This document shows positions 38,246 to 51,132 of a stretch of 64,000 bases of DNA, piece by piece (positions within the stretch are counted from its first letter, which is position 1; each line of letters starts with the position of its first letter). A program made the translations under genes and the position numbers. Source of the DNA: Oikopleura dioica (taxonomy: Eukaryota > Animalia > Chordata); NCBI GenBank assembly GCA_907165135.1, contig OU015568.1, positions 14,953,208 to 15,017,207 on the forward strand, read 5' to 3'. The notes under the pieces are model-generated. The model was not told the origin of the DNA. It saw only the letters and a list, made by a program, of their open reading frames with translations, and did no database searches.

Positions 38246-38799
38246 CTTTTCTCATCTCAGACCAACTCAAAAATAAAACGAAAAAGAGAATGTTAAAATG
38301 AAGCACTATTGCAAGATTGAGTATAACACATGTCGTGGAAAAGCAATTAATTTATTTCTCTCTCAATAGAACATAAAATAAAACATAATAAGACTGAATC
38401 ATCGCAAAACGAAAATTATGAAATAAAGTCGTTTTCTTCGTTGTCTTCAATATTATAATTTATATGAAAGGCTTCAAGGCGCCGGGCAAGTTCTTCCATA
38501 ATTCTATCAAAATAAAGGGGATTCTGCATTTTCTGTTATTAAAAATAATCGAATAATCAGGACGCAAGAGATTAGCAGCTTTTATATGATTATACAGTAT
38601 TTATTTCAGATAACAGTAGGTAGGAAGTTTTTTTCCATCAAATGACTATTGACAGTTTCGCTTCATTTTAAAATCATCAATAATTAATCAAATACTCTAA
38701 ATTTTGTGTGCCTATCGCTGTTTTTGCTCATCATTTTATCAAATTAAAAAGTCATCAATTTTGTGATTTTCCTTCATTCATATTTTGCTTCATTTTTTT

Positions 38800-39519
38800 T
38801 TATAAAAAAGCTTGTTTCAAGCCTGTTTTATACTCTCTGCTAGTGCGCCGCAAAGTATTGATATATTGACGGTCAATTTTCCAGTTTGGATTTTTCGGAA
38901 GTGACCTGAAGAAACTGTCGATTATAAGGTCAATCCCATAAAAGGACTCAACGAGCAAACGAGACTTCTCGAACTCGATTTGTCTTTAAGACCTTCTATA
39001 AAATTGATCCTATGCTTTGTCAAGAAATCGTCGTCGTCGAATGGGATGCATGAGCTTAGGAATTGAGCCATAGTACTGCTAGATTCATTTTACTTCCGTC
39101 TAACAGTCCTCGTGGTATTCCTTGACTCCAAAAGCATCATTACAAGATTGTGTCGAAATGACTCTCCTCTCTCTCGCATATATCTCTTGGCAAACGAGTG
39201 TGGTGGAGCGCTGATTCTAGTTGCTAGTAGATGATGGCGCGTTTTCTCGACTCTTGAAAAGGCAAGTTTTCACTCAGCTAATTACTTTGTACAGGTACAA
39301 ATCCAACGATCAGTATCTTTATTTTTGGCTTTGTGCCTTATCTGAAATCGAGGAATGAGTACAATCATAAATTAATGATTTTTGATCGAATGAGTGCAGT
39401 GGTTGATTTACTAACGCGGTATGAAAGTTACGATCGGCGACAACAACGACGACAGACGAGGAAGGATAACTCGAGCGCAGCCCGTTTGGGCGTACAAAGT
39501 CTTTTCTTTTGTTAGGCAT
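38800..39519 (-). pseudogene. Possible degenerate spliced ORFan
   Basis: Coding-like segments (e.g. RQIEFEKSRLLVESFYGIDLIIDSFFRSLPKNPNWKIDRQYINTLRR) that I could not join without stops. Confidence 0.25.
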
Positions 39520-40115
39520 TCTTAGTGTTAAGTGTTAGCTGTTAGTTACAAACATAAAACTTTTTGGTAAATTCGTTTACTTAGTTTTTATGTTTGGGGA
39601 ATCTTTGGTTAGGGCCTCTATGTGGTTCAATTAGTCAACTTAACAACTAAAAGACTGATTTCTGTATTTGTTAATTTTTTGATTTTTATCCTTTGCTGGG
39701 TCCTGCTACATGGTCCAGTGAAATGCTCGAATGAACTTTTGTCCAAATTATTAAATGTGTATTTTCAATTTACTTCATGATGAAGCTGTAGCTCAATGTT
39801 CTCTCGTTACTTTCCGTGTTAAATGTTCAATGTTAAATGAGTTTACTTCTTTGATCTATTGCATACTTTATGAAAAGATCAGTTTTTATTTGAGAAAAAT
39901 CTATATGAAAAAGACCATTTTTAAAAAAGATACTGAAGAAAATATGTAAATGATTTCTTTGAATTCTTCCTCCTGTTATTTTACCAGTGCGCAGTTTTCA
40001 AAACTTGTAGATTAGCAAATTTCTTCGTTGATTTTCTACAAGTTTTTTCTGTACAGACTATTCGAATAAACCTTTCAAATATTCTAGAACGTCGTGTTTA
40101 TTTCTCCACAAAGTC

Positions 40116-40123
40116 TATATAAG
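40116..40123 (+). promoter_or_regulatory. TATA box upstream of first cargo gene
   Basis: TATATAAG ~80 bp before ATG 40197; a similar TTTATATAG lies ~40 bp before ATG 51133. Confidence 0.5.
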
Positions 40124-40196
40124 CGGTTGAAAATCGCATTTCAATCAGTTTTTGTTTAACAAGCGAAGTAGCAAGAGCAAAAAACGTCAATTTTCA

Positions 40197-41261
40197 ATGG
40201 CAAGAAAGGCTGCTAAAAAGGTAGATTTCGTGCATTTATTCTCATTTATTCTATTTTATACAGTCAACCGCGCCGATCAAGCGATGCGGCAATGCTGGCC
40301 GAGTTGAAAAGCCCCGTGCCGACGTCAACGAAACCATTTTGGACTCTCCAGATGCCCTTCCGCCGATGGTCGATGATGAACCTCGCCGCTTTCGCCGCCA
40401 TCTCGATTTCGATGCCCCACCTCAAGATGTTGGCTCTGATGAAACTATTTTAGTTTCAGGCAATGTCGACGGGGACGAAACGCTGATCGACATGGATGCT
40501 TGCCTTGACGAAGACGCCATACTCCACACCCAGGCTCTTCTCAACGACGCCGAGGAAGAGGAACGCGAAACTCAAACCGAGTTCGCAGCTGGCGTTACTG
40601 CCAATCAACGGCGCGAGGGCAACTTCCTCGAAGAGTCCCGCTTCCACCGACCTGGCGACAACCCGGAGCGAGACGAATTCTACCATCGAATCGACGATAT
40701 TGCGTCTGTTTCGATTGCTGGCTCCGAGGTCGCCGATCCCGAACTGTCCAAGCGAAAAGCCACTCAGGTCGATGTCACTTATGGGGTCTTTTCAAAAGAT
40801 CCTGAAAAGGCCAACACCGAAGTCCTTCGCTACAAGGACTGGAAAAACAACACGGCCACTCGCTGGCTTTTCGCTCCGATCAGTAACCGCATGGGTCGCA
40901 CGACCTATGGTTACATGCACTACGATAGTTGCAGTAAGTTTTTATTTTAAAATTTTCAAAGATTTTTGATTAAAAAACCTTTTTAGTTAATCGAGTGCCC
41001 GACAAGCTCACCCGAGCCGTCAACATCTTGGAACAAGTGATGGCGAACAGAAACAAGGAGTTAGCGGCGCTTATTGCGGAACTCGAGTTCCAAGAAACCG
41101 CCGTTTTCATGGAGACGACCGAGTTCATCTTCTCCCTCAAAAATGGCGAATATGGACATGCGCGGGTTTCTGACTCCCCTCTTCGAGTCACTGGACGACG
41201 GCCTGACGATTTGCCCCCTCTCTTCAAGGTCAAGAAGACTGGTGCTCCTGCTTTTCAATAA
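40197..41261 (+). CDS. ORFan, 3 exons, acidic N-terminal half plus globular C-terminal domain
   Basis: ATG GCA AGA AAG GCT GCT AAA AAG|gtag; two short GT-AG introns give a continuous frame through ORFs 40339 and 40995. Confidence 0.7.
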
Positions 41262-41742
41262 AGAAACACCTTCTTTTCCTTTTACAAGCTGTCAGAGATA
41301 ATCGCTTGTTAAATAAAAACTTTTTGTATTCTAGAAATTTAAAAGATTCTATGTAAAATAGATTCTTTGTGTTTACGTGTCACAATTTATAAATCGTGAT
41401 TTATCGCATTTGGCAGGTCAAAATCTCGAAATCAAAATAGTCGAGTAGCAGGTTTAGTGTGAAGTCTAGAAGGAACGGCGGCGCACGCACGCGTCTGGAA
41501 AAAGGAAAATCGACTTTCGAGATTTTCAAATTCGCTCCTCGCCACTCATAAATACTCACACTTTGCATTTTTCGAAGCCGGCTTTTTCAATTTCGGAAAG
41601 AGAGAATCGCTGCTCATGAGAGAAAAACCTGCTGATTCTGTTTCTTTTATTGCCGATAATCAGTTTTTTAATTCTCAGCTCTCTGTAAATCGAATCTTTA
41701 CGGTAGTAACAGATTCATTCTTTCAGATAATCGGCCAAGGGT

Positions 41743-43409
41743 ATGTTTTTGATGGATCCGCCTACCGCTCGTTCCCAACAATCGCTATCGGCGCGAGCAG
41801 ATTCTCGGCCATCAACCCCTCGACACCAGCGCCATCGCCGTAATTCTGGTGGCAGCCGACGGGCGGATAGCCCAACTTCTTCCCTTCGGTCCATTCCTCC
41901 CTGGAGAGAAGAGAGTGTTACCGCTCCTGACGATTTTCAATTCGCTCGCCCTCGGACTCCACGGTAATTGATTTTTAAAAATCCGTTTTTACGGCAATAA
42001 TTAGAACTTCTATGCCCTTGCACCCTTCGTTCTCGCGAATGTCCTCCACCACCGCCGCTCCTAACGAGGAGCACCATCTCGATGCAGCCTTTTCTTCCGA
42101 GGAGCTCGGTGTTGAGCCCACTGCGCCGGGAACAACAACTACAACGGCGTCTCAAGTACCACCGCTGCAGGAACCGACTCATTTTGAGTCTCCAATGGGC
42201 CAGCATTCTCGACGAGTGCTCACTGAAAGACCGAGCGCTTTTGTCGCTCCTCACACTAGCAACGGTGCTGGTGGAGCCGTCCTTGTTACGACTCCTGCAC
42301 CAACTCGAGCGCCTACTCATGCCCCCTGTGCATCCTCCGAAATCGTAAGTGAAAGAGCAATATTTCAAATTTTGAAATAATTTTCAAGAAAACGATGTTT
42401 GGATGCACTCCGCGCTTCGATATTGGGTGCTTGGCGGTCGCCTGTGCTACAGCTGCAGTCGCTGCCGTAGCGATTTATATTCTCATTGCCGCTAGTCGCT
42501 CCTGCTTGCCGTCTACTTATGGCATCGTCGGGGCTGGAAAGAGTTCTGGGTAAGTTTTTTAAAAACTTTAAGAATCAATTTTTCTTTAAAACAGCGGTCA
42601 ATCATCTCCTACTCCGCCGCCAAACGACGACCTTATTCGCACCCGACGATCCTATCCTGTCGATGAAGGGCGAGTTCGACGATCCCTTACTCACGAGTGC
42701 AAGGAAGTTGGCAATATCTGCGATTGCCAGTGTGCTTTCTCCGTCGACAACGCTCGATGGAGCATTTCCCTGTCTCAATCGCCTCCCTCACCAACTGGCA
42801 AGGATGATGCCAACGAGGAAGGCGCCAACGCGGACGATGCTATCTCCAACCCCTCCACCAAATGGGCTAGTAACAGCGACTTTACTAGCTACTCCAAGCT
42901 TCTAGGTAAATTTTAAAAATTTTGAAAATGCAATTACTATTGCATTTCATAGATCGCGCAGAAGCTAATCGCCGAATCGCAGAGGACTTTGGTAGCGACC
43001 AGGTGGACACTGGTTTCCACGAGCGTGCCTGGAGCTCCTACGAACTTGTGGCCGACCCGGAGGAGATCACCGACGAGCTCGCTGACGCCGTAAACAACTC
43101 CGATCCCGTCGTAACCGCAGCGCCAAATGCTCAAGACGCACCAGTTCTCATCGCGGGCGAAGAGGCTGCAGTTGACGCTATGACGGGCTCCAACGACACT
43201 GTTGCTGGCCCCACTGACGCTGATGCTGACCTCGTCGACGCTGTTGTCGAATACATCGACGATAACGACCAGGCGCCAGAAGAAGGTTCCGGAGAGAACA
43301 AGACTGGCTCGGACCCCACACCTCGACAAGGTCCGAATTTGAAACTTATTGTAGCAATATTAATTTTGTTTTATATCTAGAGCCTGCCGCCGCATTTGTT
43401 ACTCTCTGA
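41743..43409 (+). CDS. ORFan type II membrane protein with two furin-type sites and an acidic ectodomain (5 exons)
   Basis: All four GT-AG junctions are phase-compatible; TM CLAVACATAAVAAVAIYILIAA; RTRR and RVRR; CxxxxxxCxCxC cluster; D/E/A-rich tail. Confidence 0.7.
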
Positions 43410-43720
43410 GTGACTGTTCAAAGCCTTCTAAGTTCCTGACTAGTGTATACCGTTGCAACCAAATTCGCTTCAGTAAATTCCGCTGCTTATCAGCCACTTT
43501 TTATCATTTATCCCTTTAACATCTACTGACCTAAATCACTCGTTTTGCCCCTCTCACGCGCCTTTATCTCTACAATTTATTAAAATGATCTCAACTGACT
43601 GAAAAAATGATCTAATTTTCGCTCCTTGCGTTCCAACGTCCCTTTCCAAACTCACCTTTCGACTGACAACCAATTACGGCCTTTATCTGTCAATGAAGCG
43701 CATCTTATCCTTCAGCTGAA

Positions 43721-44130
43721 ATGCAAATTCTCCATTTTAGCATGTCCTGGAGCTGTGATGATTATCGAGTATCGGGAACAGAGGTAGAGGAATCTCTGTC
43801 AGCGCAACGGCAGGAGCAACAAAGAGGACTTGTTTTCACTTCGGCCGACAATGTAAACCATTTCAAATTGGTAAGTTCCAAGCGTCCCAAAAACAACCAT
43901 AAAAATCTTTTAGTTTGGCAAAACATCGTTCCTTCCCGTCAAATTCTCAAAAGGAATTTTTCATTATCGAAAACTCATGCTAAATGACTGGCTCCGGCAA
44001 CAAATTATCTTCACAATCTCCAATCACAAGGTAAATTCGCTTGCTTATAAAGAAGGAGTTAACTTTGAATCAAGGAAGACGACCTGGACCTTCCGTTGGA
44101 AATGATGGGCCTTGCAAAAATGTGTGATTG
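43721..44130 (+). CDS. Small spliced ORFan (uncertain)
   Basis: Short exon-like segments bounded by GTAAG/TAG with a continuous reading frame; start unclear. Confidence 0.3.
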
Positions 44131-44433
44131 CGAGTTCCAATACTGGCGTATCGAAAGTTGGCTCTATTTCAATTGTTTCTACAATTCCCCAGTGTAAATT
44201 CGCTTTGTAATTTGTGCGCTTACTAACCCTTTTGCATTTATGTTTTCATCCTTTACCGTTACTAATCATCTGCTTGTAATTAAATGCAAAATTATTCGTA
44301 AATACTTGTCAATTTGTTTTACTAATAGACGTCGTAGCGGATAATGAATCGATTAATCAAGGCTAAGAAACCGCGGCCGGATACTCCGATTTTCCGTTCC
44401 AAAAAGCGAGGGGTTCTCGCCGATGCTTTGGAA

Positions 44434-45296
44434 ATGGCTTCCCAATCGCCTATCGCCGCTAAACTGTTCCAAAAGGCTACAGAGCAAGGCGAAAAGTAAG
44501 TTAACTGAATCAAAAAGAAATTATGCCTTTTGTAGTTTGCTTGGCAAGGTGATTGGATCAGCGCGAAAGGCCACGCGAGGCGCGCCATTGCAAACACTGC
44601 CACGCTGTTCTCCTATCTTCGAATATCGAGGTAAGCGGCAATTTAAAACGATTAAGAATAATAACTTGTTTTCTAGCCGGAAAACGTAAACGAACCTCTT
44701 CTGGCCGGAAATCACCAAGCTCCGCCTCGCCTCGGTACTCGCCCGAAAAGAAGAAGAAAAGAGGGCTTATCAAGCGAGCCAAAAAGCGCGCTACGCTTTA
44801 TGGAAAATCTGCGCTCCAGATTGCTAATGGTAAATCTTTAACGCCACGTTTAATTTGAATAACCGGGTTTTTAGCGGTCCGAAAAACCCACCCACATTGA
44901 TGACTACGATGCTGTGTGGGTATTATACGGCCGAGTTCAAGCTTACGCCGACAAAATTTGCGGCAATCGAGCAAGCGGCGAAGAAGCAAATTCGGCAAAA
45001 ACTCCTTCGCCAAAAAACAAAAAGCGTTGGCCATTCTTGGCATCGATCAAAAGCCAGCCGCCACTGCTGACGAGTATCCCAAAGTCGTCGCAAATGAGGG
45101 GCTGCTTTTTCCCTTCCATTACTTCGATCCAGCGCAAAAAGGTTTTTCAAATATTAACTTTCAATTTTTACAGTTTTTTATAGAAGGCAGTGCAATGATG
45201 GGCGCTCTCCCAGCTGATCACGTCTTCAAGCCAGGTCCGGAGATTTGCCACGCGCAAATGATCGATGAGCTCAAGAAGAATTTTGGTGAGAAATAA
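44434..45296 (+). pseudogene. Basic (K/R-rich, NLS-like) spliced ORFan with two 1-nt frame disruptions in A-runs
   Basis: KRKRTSSGRKSPSS..EKKKKRG; the frame is restored by +1 A at 44882-44886 and -1 A at 45019-45023. Confidence 0.45.
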
Positions 45297-45416
45297 TTCT
45301 CTCTCCGTCATTTACTGCACCTTTATCACTCAATCAGTTACACATTTAACTGTTCATTTGAGCTTGATTAGAACTACACGCCCACTGACACAGTGTCAAA
45401 AAATAACACTTTAAGG

Positions 45417-48031
45417 ATGTTTACGTTCCCCAACTATCGACGGCGTCGGTCGCCACCGCGCAAAGATGCTGACACGAAATCCCGCAACAAGACAAAGAGT
45501 TGCTCTGATGACGGTGCCGATGAAAACCGAAATCCCGCCATTCAGGTAAAAGAAAAGAAGTCGCGTTAATTTAATTTATTATAGGGTGGACGCACGGCAG
45601 CCATTGTTCACCCAAAGGCAACGCCTAAACGTACTCTGAAGGAGTATATCAACCCCGAGTCCCCTCCACAGCTGTCGCCGCTATCGGACAAAGGAAGTTG
45701 CAGAAAGTGATAATGATATTTTACATTTTCGAGATCATTTTCGCATCCTTTAGAAACCAAAACGTCGAGCAAGTCCAACTTTACTCGTCGACCCGGTTTT
45801 GACGATTTGCCAGTGGTTATCAAGCCCTCTTCTCGCCGGAACAGCCGACGTCGTCGGCGTGTCACTCCTGAAGCCATCCGCGCCCTTCTGGTTGGCAAAT
45901 CGTCCCAGGGACAATCGCAGAAATCGTCTCAAGAAGAGCAGAAAGAACGATCGCCTTCGCCGCCGCGAAATTGCATTGTGAGAAGAGCGTCGACTGTCGC
46001 AGGTGTTCACGAACGGCGATTTCGCCGAGAATTGTCGCCAACATCCGAGCGCTATTTTGGTGACATGCTCGACGATGCTGTTGCTGGAGTCGGGCCTTGC
46101 ATTTCTCTTGGTCATGTTTGGACCGAGAAGGAACAAGAAGAGGCTCGCCGTATTCGACGCGAAGAAGAAGCGGAAAAAGAGCGCGCCAAAAATAGCAAAG
46201 AGCGAGCTAAACGTGCCCGGGAAAATGCAAAAAAAGCTGCTGCTTCCTCCGACGAGTCGCTGCCAGAACAATTTGGTCAAATGGGCTTTCAACAGTCCAT
46301 GGTTGATGGACCAAAAGAACCAATTCCTACTCCGAGTGCGCAAGTTGTTGTTGGTGGTCGACGCGCTCCTTTTGAGCTAAACTGGACTGACGATTGCGAC
46401 GCGGCGTGCCCCGTCGATGGCAAGCCAAAACGATGGCAATTGACGCTCAAGGATCTTCAGCGAATTTTTGCAACTGCGGTGGATACCTGCGATGGCATTC
46501 CTGCGTCGCTGGCGGATACACGACTTGGCTGGTATCTTCAGCAACTCGGCAAGATCGCTAAGGTCTCTGACGATGTCTCCGAACAGCGCAAACAACTTCG
46601 GGCGCTGCTCGCGAGCCTCAACCGCAATTCGCCCCGATTTATCTGTGGCTACCCTTCGTATGGCATTCTGGAGCCTAGCAAGCCTTGGCATACATTGGGA
46701 AGTTTTTATCCTGTATTTGCCCAGGATCTTTTTGGCCGATACATTGTCCGACAACTCTACGTTTGGGCGTTCTTTGGAGACGACGATTGGCGTTTGATCA
46801 ATATCGACCAAAGCGGAGTGCTTGGCCATATCAGCAAACTTGTCGATGTGATCAACGCTCTCGGAGTCAAAACGGTCTTTCCTTGGCCGTCGAAGGAGAC
46901 GACGTCGTTTGCTGCTTACAAAGCAATGTTTTTGCTCGCTGCTGGCTTCATCCCAACAACTATGAAACAGCCATACGCTCTCGAAGCTTCAATGGCAAAT
47001 GAGCAGGTTATATTCCCCCAAAAATAAATTCCATTTTAATTTAATTTAGACCTTCAAAATTCTTTGCCTTGGCGACGAAATCAAGCAGCCTCCTTGCGCA
47101 AAACAACTTCGCGCTATCGAACGATCCCTTGAACTCCGAATTTGGCGATCGGTTCCGGAGTGTATGAATGCTGTTTACCATCTCGAAGCAAAGAAGCAGC
47201 ATGCGACCGACTCTTCGGAGGAGCTCTGGACGTTGACCTTCGGAGAGCTTCAAAAGCGTCTCAATCGGTCAATTGGGATCAACGCGTTGTCTCGTCAACG
47301 CAACCTCACAAAAGCGCAAGTCGGAGAGCTTGCGCTTATTCGCGCAATGGATGCAGTCTACGATGCTCTGCCTCCCATTTTCACCAACTTCAAATTTGGT
47401 GTCACGGATGAATTGGTGGCCATGTTTCTGTTTGGCAATACGATTTTGCCGCCGACCGAGGATCCAAATTTCCTCCATTTAGTACGTAAAATTTAATTAT
47501 TTAATAGTAATTAATTTTATTTTAAAGTTTGGCGTTGTGGATCCGATTACTGCTGGTCTCGCGGATTTCTACATGCGTGGCGAGGTCAGATGCGAGGATT
47601 ATATCGCAGCAGTGGACTCTGCAAAGAAAACGCGAGAGGCCGTCTTGGATGAGCTCTTTCAGAATATGCTCGACATGGACGTCTTTGGGATCAAAGAAAA
47701 CGATCTCATTGACACTAACGTTCGCAACGCTGGACCCGATGAAGACTCATCTTTGTCTTCGGAAGCAGAACGCCGTCGAGATCTTGCAGTCATTGAGCCA
47801 TTTTCGACTTCCATGTCTTCGTCCGCGACTCAGGCCCGGGGCGAAAAGAAAAAGAAGGACAAAAAAGCTGACAAGAATGGCCCTCGATCGTCCTTTGGAG
47901 CGTCCCAGCTTGGTGCGCAAACTCTTGATACGGTTAGCGAAAGCTCCTTCCCCACCTGTGACCCCTTCAAAGAAGCCGTCATTTCTTTGGTCAGCAGCGA
48001 CAGCAGCTCTTCCGAATCCGACGCCGGCTAA
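45417..48031 (+). CDS. Large ORFan with R/S-rich N-terminus, charged helix, central globular domain and acidic/Ser tail (5 exons)
   Basis: Phase-compatible GT-AG introns join ORFs 45807, 47164 and 47537 into one ~800-aa frame. Confidence 0.7.
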
Positions 48032-48129
48032 AAATAAAAATTTCCGCTTTATGATGTAAACTTGCACAAGTTTTTTCCATAAAAGGAAATTTAAAAAATG
48101 TTATTGTTTTGTTATTTTTTAGACAATTA

Positions 48130-50591
48130 ATGGGATCGAGTCAAAGGCTTTTTATTTTCGCAGCTGCTGTCGCAGTTGTCGGACCGTATGATATCTCGGA
48201 TTGTTTACAAGTTCATGGCTCGCCGTGGGTAGCGCATGAAATTTATTGCGATCCAGAGTTAGGACATGCGTACAGCGATCATTGCAGAGATACACCGGAT
48301 TCGACAACACCTGTGAGTACTACGAGCAGTACTACAACGTCAAGCGAGTCTACTACTACTACTTCGACGACTACGCCAGAGCCGACTACAACGAGCACAA
48401 GTGAAAAAACGAACACTGCTACGATAAAACCTCCACCTCCAGTGCCTTCATCCACTTCCAAGACCTCTTCTTCCACGAATTCGCCGATTCCATTGCCGGA
48501 GCCAACAATTTCCCCGGAAGAAAAGCAAAATGACTCAATGTATGTTAAGATATAAGGGTATACTTGAGAACAATGTCATATTTTTTTGCATGGTATAAGT
48601 AAATTTTTTGTTAAATAACTTTTTATGTGTTCAAGTTTTAAAACTTGCTAGGTGCCACATGGCAATTTTAGTATACCATGCGATCAAAGTACACCTAGCA
48701 ACTTTTGATACCATGCAATTCTAATTTTTATTTTTGAGTTTAAAATTTGGGAAATGAGGAGAACTCCATGGGCCATTAGTTTAAATAGTGACGAAAATTA
48801 TGGAAACGTTAATCCTTTTGAACTTTTTCTTTGTGCTAGAATTAAAGTTTCCATCATTCTCGGAAATTAGCATTTATTATTCCATGGAATATTTTCATAA
48901 TCCCAAAACACGTGATTTTGCCTTATGGAATTTTAAGTTTTCTACGAATTCTATGGATTTTTGCCGCTATTATTGTTGGTCTTGGATTTTGTCCTGTGAT
49001 GTGCTTGAAGTACAAGTACCGACACGAATCAATACCAAAGATCATTCGTGTTTGGAGCCGTCAACTGCGTGACTTTATGTTGGATTTGATATTTTTCCCC
49101 TTTGATTTTGTTGCATACTACTGTTGCAACAAGCAAAGCGGTCAAGAAAATCAAATCATTTGGGGAGCGCGAAGAGCAGAACGTCTTTTGTACTTTTGCC
49201 CCCCGTGCTGCCGAGAAGAACGACGTCCAGGCGAGATTTTGGAAGAAATCGTTCAATTTAGCCGCAACAGTAGTCGATACGGAAGTGGCAGCCGTATTTA
49301 CCACGGAGAATTCAGCGGCGGTCGATATGCAGGTATTTTCTTTTAATGTTTTCAAAGACTAAATTACGCTTTAGCAAACCGATCTACGCGGCACATGCGA
49401 CGGGACGATCGGTACTTTCAAGCGCAGCAGCAGCGGAATGCCGCAAGTACTCTTCAATATCAGCGTTTGGTGAATGAGCAGGAAAGAACTCGACGGGAAG
49501 CGACTCGTCAACGGGAAGAACAAACCCTACAACATCAAGATCAGCAGAGGCTTCAACAACGACTCGAAGAGCTTGAAATGGAAGAGCGACGGCAGCAGCA
49601 GCAGCAGCCAAGCACTTCTCAAGCTCAGTCTCAACAAAAACCACCGCGACCTGTTAGACCAAAGCAATGTGCGCCTCCTCGTCGTTTCAGCTGGCTCCCC
49701 AATCGCTCGAGAGACAATGATGATGACGAAAGCGATAATCCTGGTAACTGGTCAACTGCCAGTTCTAATAACAGAAGCGCATCTCGTGGCAGCTCTTTGT
49801 TCCGCTTGTTTTCCTTTAGGAAAAAAAAATCTTCGGGCGGTCCAAACGATTCTCCAGAGGGGTCAATTGTCCGTGAAACGACAACACTCTCAGAGCAAAC
49901 TCCGCCGGAGCGACGACCGTCTATTCCAGACGAAAGCCCACCAACGTATGCATCAATTAATTTCGATGGACCTGCAACGCGAGATCGTCACCACCGACAA
50001 GAAGAATTTCAACTCTCAATTACAACTGATGAGTCCGATGTCGAAGAATACGAATCGCCGAAAATGACAGGTGCTCAAGCAGCCGCGGAAATGGACAAGC
50101 AGTGGAAGCGATCGACACTCTCAATTTGTAGTGAAAAAAGCAGCTCTAGCAGCGATATTTCAGCAACTACAATGAGCGAGTTGGAGCGTCTTAATCCAAT
50201 CTCTTCCGAGAAAAATAACGAAGATGGTAAACAAGAAAAGGAAGAACCTGCTTCGCCTTCACAAGAAGACAACACCGATCAAAAGAAGGAAGTAAAAGCA
50301 GAGGCGGAAGAAGGGGATAAGCACGAATCGACATTTGAGGCTCCAGTCAATACATCTACTCCAATCTCAGCTGTCCGTGTAAATCCTCGATTGAACCATC
50401 TAAAACGCCGCGAGATGCCAGTACCTCCGAGTCCACTTGCTTCAAACAGCTTCGATGGTCGTCTGAATACAATCATCGAAGATTCTTCCGATGAGGCAAG
50501 TGTAGTAAAAAACGCGCTGGATCGACTAGACATTACAGTGTCAGTGCGCTTTTTCCGTCGGGCTTTTCCACTTGGCTTGACGCACGGTTAG
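48130..50591 (+). CDS. ORFan type I mucin-like membrane protein with long disordered tail
   Basis: Signal peptide MGSSQRLFIFAAAVAVVG; 3-Cys head; S/T/P stalk; TM LWIFAAIIVGLGFCPVMCL; YYCC and CPPCC clusters; Q/R-rich and S/E-rich tail. The middle splice site is tentative. Confidence 0.6.
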
Positions 50592-51132
50592 TGATTCGAC
50601 CGGATGGCTTAGGGTGAGCTGTTGCGGTTACCCCACAGATGCTGTGGCAATCCTTAAATATCCGTTTCCATTCAAACCAGGGTGGTTTTTTCCATCACAT
50701 ATGGTCCCCTGACCTTTCCGTCGAGGCTTACTTTTTCCGTCGGGCTAGTGACTGGACAAGATGGCTCCGTGGTTTCCATACAGATGCAGTGACGATCCGG
50801 AAAGTTATATTTCCATCCTAACCAGTGCATTCGTTCACTACACTTGTACTTTCCGTTTTACTAGACTAGAATCTTAAAATCGCAATTGCAGCTTTGAAAT
50901 TAGAATACACACCTAAACCCTTGTAAAACTTTCCACTTGAAAGGCTATCAGATCGCCCGCACCTAATATCGATCAAAATCGCGCGCGAAATTTGTACTTG
51001 AAACATCAAATGTTTTTACCGGATATTGATATTGTTTTATGGTTAGATTGATCTCGCGGGAGTACCTAGTGGGCACAACTGCCATAAACCCTTTTTATAT
51101 AGCAGATCAATTTAGAGTAGAGTCAAACAAAA

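Noticed and set aside
42521-42547. Walker A-like GIVGAGKSS, suggesting a packaging ATPase
   Set aside because: It lies just after a TM helix and is followed by a Pro/Ser-rich disordered segment; there is no Walker B or alpha/beta core.
45694-45753. Non-canonical GA-AG intron
   Set aside because: A canonical GT donor of the same phase lies 3 nt downstream (GGAA|GTTGCA), so GA use cannot be claimed.
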